The notes under the pieces: generated by a model
The model's input: the letters and a program-made list of their open reading frames with translations, nothing else
The model's database searches: none
What the model was told of the DNA's origin: nothing
Virus record (IMG/VR): IMGVR_UViG_3300022916_000011
Coordinates: 13,966 to 77,965 of that record
Length of the DNA stretch: 64,000 bases
Reading direction: 5' to 3' (one strand)
Source: a virus
Shown: positions 56,027 to 64,000 of the stretch, one piece after another
Layout of the letters: each line of letters begins with the position of its first letter
Position numbering within the stretch: the stretch's first letter is position 1
Program-made: the position numbers and the translations under genes

Positions 56027-57840
56027 TGGCAATCCTGATTGAAATATCAACTGACAAAGGTATCATCTGGAAAGATACCTTAGATGTCATATGGTTGAAT
56101 ACCACAAATCATGTATGGAATGACGATTTAGGCAATAGTGTAAGACGAATGAGTTTAGATGGAGAAGCTCTAGATCATTACTGGGATGCTTATATTGAAT
56201 CATTTGCTTCACCTCAGTATCAAACCGCAACTAATTATGGTGGATTTGTACGAATTGGTTTTGGTGAAATATCTCTTAGTTTAGATGCTTTTGTAACTGA
56301 AGGAATACCACCGAAACAACTAACATTGCTTGCTAAATATACTGCCACTACTGAATCAGCAGCAGTAGAATTATTTGAAGGGGATATCTACTTAAAAGGA
56401 TATGATATAGATACAGCATCTTATACATTAAATGATCCGAAGTATACTCAGAATTTATTAGATCAAGGTGCTGATTATAATGGAGATACTGTACCATATC
56501 CAAAAGCTTTTGGTGTTGTGACTCATGCAGCACCTTTAAGGGTAGCTGATAATGCGGGAAGACCAACTTACCATTTAGGTGGGGTTGAAACTGCAACTAC
56601 TGCCAAGACTATTACTTCTTTTAGTTCTGCTTCTTCTGGAACTAAGACTAAAGTTTATACTTCAGCAGCACATGGATGGAGTACAGGAACAAGTGTATAC
56701 ATATCTGGAACCATTAATTTTGATGGTACACATGTCATAGAGAGTGCTACTGGATCTGAATTCGTAATTGATGAAACATATCCAACAACCAATTCAGAAA
56801 CGCTTCCACTTCATGCTAATGTTTTTGTATTAGGTGGTTTTGCCATATTTGATGATGGTGTTCCAATTCAATCAAATGTGGTTGTTAATGGTGATGGTAC
56901 ATTTTCTCTTACAGCTTCTCCAGTAGGTACTGTAACAATGTCTGGTACAGGAGAAGATACAACTTTAGAAGATATAATGGATTGGGGAAGGATCAGGTTG
57001 AGTGGAATACTTTCTTTAATCACAACCAATGCTAGAGTTGTCTCACCAGATATTTCTCATTGGGCTACATCGCAAATGCCAGTAATTGATTTTATGTCAA
57101 ATTTATGTGCATTCTTTACACACTACTTTTACATCAAAGAAGATGTAATGTACTTGGGAGATATGCTTTTAGACAACGGTACAGACACAGCAGATGAGTT
57201 TGATTACTTTGATGCCACTTATACTGCTGGAGAACCTACTAGTCAAGTTAGTTCTAGTTGGACAACTTATGAAGCAGAGAATGGTTTTGTTGATGAAGTA
57301 AGGACTGCTAGATTTATCAAGACAATAGAAAATACTGTTGTTAAATCTATACACGCTCTGTCTACAGGAACTACAGATTCAACATCTTCATTTAGATTGA
57401 TAGACTCTAGCGCAACATTTATTACTGATCTCGTTGAACTTGGGCATGTTGCTCAGAATACTACCGATGGTACATCCACAACAATAACATCAGTAAATTC
57501 TGAAACATCTCTGACCATGAAAGATGATATTTTTATTACAGGAGAAGAGTATACGGTTGGTCCATCTTACCCGTATGGTAAAGAAATCTCTGTGACACCA
57601 TACCATGATACAAAAAGTAATGTATTGGCGGCATTAACGAATATTTTAGCCGTACTGAACTATAATACCATTGAAATAAAAATGCCTATAACAGCAACAT
57701 TACCAGAACCTGGAGAGAGACTTACTTTTACAGATACCCAATTATTAACTGATGTTTCCACTTATATACGGGTGAGAATGTTAACGTATAATTTTAATAA
57801 TGAAGAAATTATTTTATCTGGTGAAGGAGTAACAAGTTAA
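56026..57840 (+). CDS. tail tip/baseplate structural protein
   Basis: follows TMP; PKAFG.V..A motif; Thr/Ser-rich inserts. Confidence 0.7.
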   Translation: MAILIEISTDKGIIWKDTLDVIWLNTTNHVWNDDLGNSVRRMSLDGEALDHYWDAYIESFASPQYQTATNYGGFVRIGFGEISLSLDAFVTEGIPPKQLTLLAKYTATTESAAVELFEGDIYLKGYDIDTASYTLNDPKYTQNLLDQGADYNGDTVPYPKAFGVVTHAAPLRVADNAGRPTYHLGGVETATTAKTITSFSSASSGTKTKVYTSAAHGWSTGTSVYISGTINFDGTHVIESATGSEFVIDETYPTTNSETLPLHANVFVLGGFAIFDDGVPIQSNVVVNGDGTFSLTASPVGTVTMSGTGEDTTLEDIMDWGRIRLSGILSLITTNARVVSPDISHWATSQMPVIDFMSNLCAFFTHYFYIKEDVMYLGDMLLDNGTDTADEFDYFDATYTAGEPTSQVSSSWTTYEAENGFVDEVRTARFIKTIENTVVKSIHALSTGTTDSTSSFRLIDSSATFITDLVELGHVAQNTTDGTSTTITSVNSETSLTMKDDIFITGEEYTVGPSYPYGKEISVTPYHDTKSNVLAALTNILAVLNYNTIEIKMPITATLPEPGERLTFTDTQLLTDVSTYIRVRMLTYNFNNEEIILSGEGVTS

Positions 57841-60800
57841 TGGCAGTAATACACATAGGAACTGCAACCACATTAGCATCTGTTCCAATAGCAGATTGTA
57901 GTAATGGTGATGTGTCATATATATGGTTGAATGAATATCAACGTAAGATGGTATTCTTTAGTACAGCTACGGATGTTGCCAATACTACTGATCACCCATA
58001 TTATGTAAGACCTAGTGATTATTCAACTGCCGGTGTTTGGGTTGAAGATGTAGGTGCTGATCAACCAGAAGCTTGGAGTGCTGATCAGGTAGTTACTGGA
58101 AATCTAATGTCTACGAATTATTCATTAGCTACTGGAAGTGCTTATAGTCTCGATGGTGCATATTTTAAATTAGGTGGTTCTAATGTAGATGCTGCTGGCG
58201 CTGCAAATGGTGTATTTCTAGGTTTAGATTCCAGTCTATATAAAGTTTATATTGGAGATGGTTCTGATCAATATTTTAAATATGATGGAACAAACATTAG
58301 TTGGAGTAGTGCTAATTCTTCATTATCTACATCTGGTATTCTTTACGCTACTGGTGCAAGCATAAGTGGTAGTATGAGTGTAACAACAGGGGATATAGGT
58401 GGATGGACATTAGCTACTGGTAATTTACACAGTACAAATATTTATCTTAATTCTGCTGATGAGAAGATAACGATTAATAATGCAACATTTGGAAATGCTG
58501 GAATTCAATTAGACTATAATGGTGGTTCACCGCAAACATATATTGGGGATGGTGCTAATCAATATTTGAGATATACTACCGTAGATGGTTTAAGTTGGAG
58601 AGGTACGAATGCATCATTATCAACTGCTGGAGTTTTGAGTGTTTCAAATATTTTACTAACTGGTGGTACTGCTGCTGGATTTACTGTTAGTGATTCGGAG
58701 GGTTTCTACGTTGGCTCTGGTGCCACTAGAGTACAAATGAAAGGTGGAGTTGGTATCTGGTCTGGTGCTACTGCTTTTGTAGACGCACCATTCAGAGTGA
58801 ATAATGCAGGAAATTTATATGCCTCTAGTGCTACTATAGCTGGAAATATAACGGCTAATTCTGGAACTGTTGGTGGTTTTACTATTGACTCTGCTGAAGG
58901 ATTATATGCTGGAACAGGTGCCACTAGAGTTCAAATGAAAGCTGGATCAGGATTCTGGGCGGGTGCTACTGCTTTTGATGATGCTCCTTTCAGAGTTGAT
59001 CAAACTGGATTACTATATGCTACTGGTGCTTCTATAACCGGATCTGTTACAGCAACAACAGGTGTAATAGGTGGATGGACTATAGCATCAACACAACTTA
59101 ATAATACGAATTTATGGCTTGATGCTGGTAATAAACAGCTTGCCATTGGTAGTCAAACATTCGGTGCCGCTGGATTGCAACTTGAGTATAATTCTGGAAC
59201 ACCACGGGTTTACTTTGGAGATGGATCAAATGCTTATTTTACATTTGATGGAACTAAAGTAATGTGGAAGACAGCAAATTCGCAACTTAATTCAGATGGA
59301 ACTTTAACTGTTTCTGGTAGTGTTATTGAAGGCAGTTTTAGTGTTACAGACAATAGTACCATTGGTGGTGACATGGTTATTGGTACTGCTGGAGCTATTT
59401 ACACTACTGGGAAGACTATTTATGCTGATGATGATGCTGGATTTTGGCTAGGGTATGACGGTGGAAAGTATAAACTCTATGTTGGTAGCGCAACTAATAA
59501 TATAAAATGGGATGGAACAAATCTTAGTTGGATTGGTGTCAATACATCGTTAGATACCAGTGGAAATTTTTCTGCTACAGCAGCCACAATCACAGGTGTT
59601 GTAACTGCCAATACAGGTTATATAGGTGGTACTAGTGGGTGGACAATTGCTGCTGGTAAAATGACTGCTTCAGGTATAGGTGTGGCCACTTCTACTGGTG
59701 ATGCTACTTATGCTTTTTGGGCAGGACATGATACTCCTGCTTCTGCTGAGTTTAGAGTTTCACATGCTGGAGCTTTAGTTGCGACTTCAGCAACAATCAC
59801 AGGATCTATTACTGCATCTTCTGGAAGCATTTCTGGAAGTTTTACAGTTGGCAGTACATTGATAGTAAATTCTTCTGGTAAAATATATTCCACAGGAAAA
59901 ACAAGTTATGCAGATACAACAGCAGGATTCTTTTTAGGCTATGACACAGTAACAACTTCCGCTTACAAATTTAGTATTGGTGATGGAAATCGTTACATAA
60001 AATACGATGGTTCAAATCTTACTATTAGTGTTGATGCGAATTCTGGAGGCAGCGAAGGTGTAATATATAAAAATGGAGTACGTTGGTTGTACGATTTTAA
60101 TCCAGCACACAATGGGACAGTTAAGCCCGCTGGATACAATACTTTTTTAGGTTATGGCTGTGGCAATTTGACGATGGGCAGTACCGCAACATATAGTTGG
60201 GAAGCTTCTTATAATGTCGGCATTGGTTATTATTCTTTAGATGCGAATACGAAAGGGGCATACTCAGTAGGTATCGGTTTTCATGCATTGGGAAGTAACA
60301 CTGAAGGGTCAAATAACAATGCTGTTGGTTATTACGCTTTGGGTTTGAATACGACCGGTGTTCAGAATAGTGCATTTGGTTTTTACGCTTTAAAGGCCAA
60401 CACAATAGGGGTCAACAACACAGCCGTCGGTGATGCGGCTTTATACTTTGCCACTACGGCTGATAATAACACAGCATTAGGAATGCACGCCCTTTATGGG
60501 TTGACAACCGGAGAAGAAAATATAGGTATTGGAGTTGACGCAGGTACATTTCAAAGTAACGGATCGAGTGTATTGGAAACTCCGGAAGATTCAATCTATA
60601 TTGGCAACTTTACAAAATCTGGTTCGGATGCCAGTGGCGGGGAAGATGCAATAGATAATGAAATTGTCATAGGCTATAATGCCACTGGTAATGGTAGTGA
60701 TTCTATAAAATTAGGTAATACTTCAATTAGTGCTTTGAACTGTCAGGTGGCTTTGACTGTTGATTCTGATAGGCGAATAAAAAGAAACATTGTGGAGAGT

Positions 60801-61178
60801 TCACTGGGGTTAGATTTTGTAAACCAACTATCTCCCGTGACTTTCCAACAAAAAAATCCAATGGATTACCCTGATAATATAAAGCCATCTAATTTTAAAG
60901 ATCGTATGATAAAAAGACCTGAGAAGAATGCTAGTAAAGCGCACAAAGAAAAATTACAAAAAGCAGATAAAAGACCGAGGGACAATGACAGAGTTTATCT
61001 GGGGTTGATCGCACAAGATGTTGAGGAAGTGTTGGAGGATCTTGGTTTGCCATTTGATTTTGTTTCTACAAATAGGGATGGTAAGAAGGCTATAACATAT
61101 GAATCATTGATTATGCCACTAATTACGGCGGTTCAAGAATTAACAGCAAGAATAGAAACTTTAGAAGGAGGAAGTTAG
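57840..61178 (+). CDS. tail fibre/spike with C-terminal intramolecular chaperone (peptidase S74)
   Basis: G.IGGW repeats, N.A.G..AL repeats, DSDRRIKRNI..GLIAQDV..AVQEL. Confidence 0.85.
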   Translation: MAVIHIGTATTLASVPIADCSNGDVSYIWLNEYQRKMVFFSTATDVANTTDHPYYVRPSDYSTAGVWVEDVGADQPEAWSADQVVTGNLMSTNYSLATGSAYSLDGAYFKLGGSNVDAAGAANGVFLGLDSSLYKVYIGDGSDQYFKYDGTNISWSSANSSLSTSGILYATGASISGSMSVTTGDIGGWTLATGNLHSTNIYLNSADEKITINNATFGNAGIQLDYNGGSPQTYIGDGANQYLRYTTVDGLSWRGTNASLSTAGVLSVSNILLTGGTAAGFTVSDSEGFYVGSGATRVQMKGGVGIWSGATAFVDAPFRVNNAGNLYASSATIAGNITANSGTVGGFTIDSAEGLYAGTGATRVQMKAGSGFWAGATAFDDAPFRVDQTGLLYATGASITGSVTATTGVIGGWTIASTQLNNTNLWLDAGNKQLAIGSQTFGAAGLQLEYNSGTPRVYFGDGSNAYFTFDGTKVMWKTANSQLNSDGTLTVSGSVIEGSFSVTDNSTIGGDMVIGTAGAIYTTGKTIYADDDAGFWLGYDGGKYKLYVGSATNNIKWDGTNLSWIGVNTSLDTSGNFSATAATITGVVTANTGYIGGTSGWTIAAGKMTASGIGVATSTGDATYAFWAGHDTPASAEFRVSHAGALVATSATITGSITASSGSISGSFTVGSTLIVNSSGKIYSTGKTSYADTTAGFFLGYDTVTTSAYKFSIGDGNRYIKYDGSNLTISVDANSGGSEGVIYKNGVRWLYDFNPAHNGTVKPAGYNTFLGYGCGNLTMGSTATYSWEASYNVGIGYYSLDANTKGAYSVGIGFHALGSNTEGSNNNAVGYYALGLNTTGVQNSAFGFYALKANTIGVNNTAVGDAALYFATTADNNTALGMHALYGLTTGEENIGIGVDAGTFQSNGSSVLETPEDSIYIGNFTKSGSDASGGEDAIDNEIVIGYNATGNGSDSIKLGNTSISALNCQVALTVDSDRRIKRNIVESSLGLDFVNQLSPVTFQQKNPMDYPDNIKPSNFKDRMIKRPEKNASKAHKEKLQKADKRPRDNDRVYLGLIAQDVEEVLEDLGLPFDFVSTNRDGKKAITYESLIMPLITAVQELTARIETLEGGS

Positions 61179-61179
61179 A

Positions 61180-61437
61180 ATGGAAACAGTCGGGGCCAAA
61201 GTGGTCAATGGTTATTTTGCAGCTTGGAATGGTAATCTCTTAATGATAGCAGATAGTGACTTTGAAATTAAATTCAATGGTGTGTGTAGTCCTCAACTTT
61301 CAGGTATAACGGATGTTGATGCAATGGGTGATGATCTTGTAGCAGTTGGATATGTTTCCAATGTACCAGATGTAAGATTTGGTGGACAAAGAATAGATAC
61401 AACAACTTGGACTGCTAGTTTTTTACTTGGCAGATAA
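61180..61437 (+). CDS. hypothetical protein
   Basis: AGGAGG SD. Confidence 0.6.
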   Translation: METVGAKVVNGYFAAWNGNLLMIADSDFEIKFNGVCSPQLSGITDVDAMGDDLVAVGYVSNVPDVRFGGQRIDTTTWTASFLLGR

Positions 61438-61500
61438 AAAAATATTGCTAATCCATAATTCGTTATGGTATTATTGAAATCAAAAACGGGGGAAAAATAA

Positions 61501-61665
61501 ATGGAAGAACAAGAGCAACAGACAATTCCTATAGAACAGGTTCTACAGATGCAATTTACGAAGGTTGGACAATTAACATTTGAGATTGAAATGCTACAGC
61601 AACAATTAGTGGCATTTGAAAATGATAATAAAGAGTTACGAAAGCAGCTTGAAGGAAAAGAGTAA
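61501..61665 (+). CDS. small coiled-coil protein (54 aa)
   Basis: manually translated; TAATG coupling to next gene. Confidence 0.6.
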   Translation: MEEQEQQTIPIEQVLQMQFTKVGQLTFEIEMLQQQLVAFENDNKELRKQLEGKE

Positions 61666-62618
61666 TGAAACATGTAATTTATCCAGAGAAACAAGGTACT
61701 CCTACAGTCACAAGTGAAGATGGTTCTTACCCTATTGAGAACCTAACTGCTAATGACTATAGGAAGAAATTATGGAAGGCAGTAGCCGCTGTTCAATCAG
61801 CGACTATACGTTTGCCTATTACAGCAAATGCTGAAGCTGTTTCTCTGTTTAACACAAATGCTGAAACTGCTATTTGTACCATAACATTAGATTCATCTGA
61901 GCAGACTTTAAATGCGGCTGCTGCAACAAATGACGGTGGGGGGTTAGTAGGTATACCCCTCACTGGTCACGGTTACTCAGAGGGTCAATCTGTGCTTCTG
62001 AATGGGACCACCAATTATGATGGTGTTCATGTTTTACCTTCCCAAGCTACTGGTACAGCAAATGAATTTGTAATCACCGACACCTATGCTGCTGAAACTT
62101 TTGCTGGAACAGAAACTGCCTGTATCATTGTCGAAACCACTACGCACACCCTTGAAACCGCTACACGCACTTATGATAGTTTTTGGCAAGAGTATACTGA
62201 ACAAACAGCAGCACATAAGGCGACTATTAAATTAACTGCTGGTTCTGGTGAAACTGTTGAAGCTGGAATAGTAAGAGCCGGTGCTATGAAAACATTTATT
62301 AACCCTAATTATGGTGCTTCACAATCACCTAAAGATTACTCAATTAAAAAAGATTTACGTAATGGTGCTAAATATACAAAGAAAAGAGACATAGTAAGAA
62401 ATTTTTCTTACACCATAGAAATATTAAGAGACACAAAATTTAATGATCTAATGGATCTATACGATTATTATGGACCAGATCCATTTGCAATGTTGATTGC
62501 CGATGAAATAGATGATAACCTTTGGACTGTATTTGGAGCTTTTACTAGTGAACCAAAAGGTAGTCATAAATATTTCACGCATAGCGATGTCAGCATTTCC
62601 ATTTTGGAGGCAGTCTAA
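61665..62618 (+). CDS. tail structural protein
   Basis: YPIENL..; beta insert GHGYSEGQSVLLNGTTNYDGVHV; PFAML. Confidence 0.7.
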   Translation: MKHVIYPEKQGTPTVTSEDGSYPIENLTANDYRKKLWKAVAAVQSATIRLPITANAEAVSLFNTNAETAICTITLDSSEQTLNAAAATNDGGGLVGIPLTGHGYSEGQSVLLNGTTNYDGVHVLPSQATGTANEFVITDTYAAETFAGTETACIIVETTTHTLETATRTYDSFWQEYTEQTAAHKATIKLTAGSGETVEAGIVRAGAMKTFINPNYGASQSPKDYSIKKDLRNGAKYTKKRDIVRNFSYTIEILRDTKFNDLMDLYDYYGPDPFAMLIADEIDDNLWTVFGAFTSEPKGSHKYFTHSDVSISILEAV

Positions 62619-64000
62619 TGGCTTATAATTTTTTTGGTGCAGTATCTCTAACAGGCGGTGGTACAGGGGCACTAGACGCCATAGATGGAACTTCCTTAAA
62701 GACAGGTGATGGTGCTTGTGTAATTACATCTTCTGGTTTTTATATTTTTTATTTAAGTGCATCTTCTGGTGCTTCTGAATCAAGTCCTGATGTGATTAGT
62801 CCAGATGCTAATGCAGGAAGTAAGCGTTGGATATTACAGGGATCTGGAATATTTTATATTAATGATACAGACGCATCAAATCAACTTCAGTTGAAATGGA
62901 ACGAAGATGATAGTTTAGATCGAATATTGAACTTTAAGGTTAACTCTGGAGATAGAACCCTTGACCTTTCTGAAAATTTAACATTAGCAGATGGCTACGA
63001 TTTAACTATTACGGTTGAGGATGCTGCATCTTCTGTAGTTCTGGATAATATCAATTTTGAAGTTGAAAATACTGATGGAACTCAGCGCACTATAAAGATC
63101 ACTTCTGCAAAAGCTGGAAACACTACCCTAACAATAAATGAAGATTTAACAATCGTTGATGGTAGTGCTGCTATACTTCATTTTTCTTCAACTGCTACAT
63201 TGACTGTGAGTGGAAGTGTTGATGCTTATAATCACAAAGCTGCACATATAACAAGTGGCAATGATGAGATTGACGGTGATAAATTAGACATTGATTGGAA
63301 CCCAACGTACTCTACCCCTGCAACTAGTCCTTCTGAAGCAGATAGTGTTGATAATTTAACGGCGCATCTTTATGGTATAGATCAAAAGTTAAGCGTTGTT
63401 TCTTCCTCTACTCATGCAACATCACATGATCCAGAAGATGGTTCAGATGCATTAGATACGGCAGCTCCTTCCGAAATTTCCACTGTTGTTGCTGGTGGTG
63501 TTGGTACTTCACATAGTTTTCCAAGAGCCGATCATATTCATGCCATTAATCATGCTATCACTGATAATCACATTGTAACGATTGATTCTGCTAGTGCTGC
63601 TTCTGGTGAATACGGGAAATTTACTGCTAATGGTTTAGAGAGTAAATCGTTTGCGGAAGTAATGGGAGATCTAAGTGCAACGGCTGCTACTGCTTTTGAT
63701 ATGAATAGTCAAAGGATTACATCGGTTTTAGATCCTATTAATTCTCAAGATGCTACCACAAAAGCCTATGTTGATTCTGTTGCTCAAGGTTTAAACCCTC
63801 ATGATGATGTTGCTTGTGCTACTACAGGAAATATCACCCTTAGTGGTGAACAAACTTTGGATGGTGTTTTAACTTCTACCAGTAGAGTTCTTGTTAAAAG
63901 TCAGACTGATCCTATAGAAAATGGTATCTATGTATCTGCATCTGGAGCATGGACAAGAGCAACAGATATGGATGCTGACGATGAGGTGGCAGGTTCTTTC
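62618..64000 (+). CDS. tail fibre-like structural protein, runs off window edge
   Basis: LTGGGTGALDAID start; DATTKAYVD..ATTGNITLSGEQTLDGV..ENGIY..WTRATD near the window end. Confidence 0.75.
   Translation, partial: MAYNFFGAVSLTGGGTGALDAIDGTSLKTGDGACVITSSGFYIFYLSASSGASESSPDVISPDANAGSKRWILQGSGIFYINDTDASNQLQLKWNEDDSLDRILNFKVNSGDRTLDLSENLTLADGYDLTITVEDAASSVVLDNINFEVENTDGTQRTIKITSAKAGNTTLTINEDLTIVDGSAAILHFSSTATLTVSGSVDAYNHKAAHITSGNDEIDGDKLDIDWNPTYSTPATSPSEADSVDNLTAHLYGIDQKLSVVSSSTHATSHDPEDGSDALDTAAPSEISTVVAGGVGTSHSFPRADHIHAINHAITDNHIVTIDSASAASGEYGKFTANGLESKSFAEVMGDLSATAATAFDMNSQRITSVLDPINSQDATTKAYVDSVAQGLNPHDDVACATTGNITLSGEQTLDGVLTSTSRVLVKSQTDPIENGIYVSASGAWTRATDMDADDEVAGSF

Noticed and set aside
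45247-62672. Numerous short minus-strand ORFs within structural genes
   Set aside because: Antisense shadows expected from codon bias.
1-64000. tRNA/rRNA genes, integrase, stop-codon reassignment
   Set aside because: No cloverleaf or integrase motifs were noticed by eye, and genes are intact under the standard code with all three stops used.

Overview
A 64 kb segment of a large, AT-rich tailed phage of siphovirus type, probably lytic (no integrase in the window). The host is probably an anaerobe with sigma-54 regulation, inferred from a class II B12-dependent RNR and a complete sigma-54 promoter. Layout: (i) 1-7600, leftward early-type region of small orphan genes with strong promoters, hairpins and repeat fields. 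(ii) 8270-30874, rightward block with nrdJ, a NUMOD3/HNH endonuclease, NUDIX and kinase genes, and a ~15 kb sugar synthesis and decoration cluster interleaved with small phage ORFs. That cluster holds WbpB/WbpD-like enzymes, several glycosyltransferases, three methyltransferases, a sulfotransferase, an SGNH hydrolase, a split transketolase, an epimerase and GDP-fucose synthase. (iii) 30912-35961, leftward portal/TerL/TerS. (iv) 36259-64000, rightward head and tail genes, with a glycosyltransferase in the capsid operon and a 3686 aa tape measure protein. Two observations stand out. First, a 2.4 kb early region (5624-8022) contains only one GGA and no GGC, GCC or TCC on the + strand, and is bracketed on both sides by repeat arrays built from exactly those motifs; this suggests sequence-context zoning, possibly tied to DNA hypermodification. 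Second, the TerL intein carries its HNH homing endonuclease in the +1 frame with its own Shine-Dalgarno, while the intein frame stays open across it. All counts were made by eye and all family assignments come from motif recognition, not database searches.
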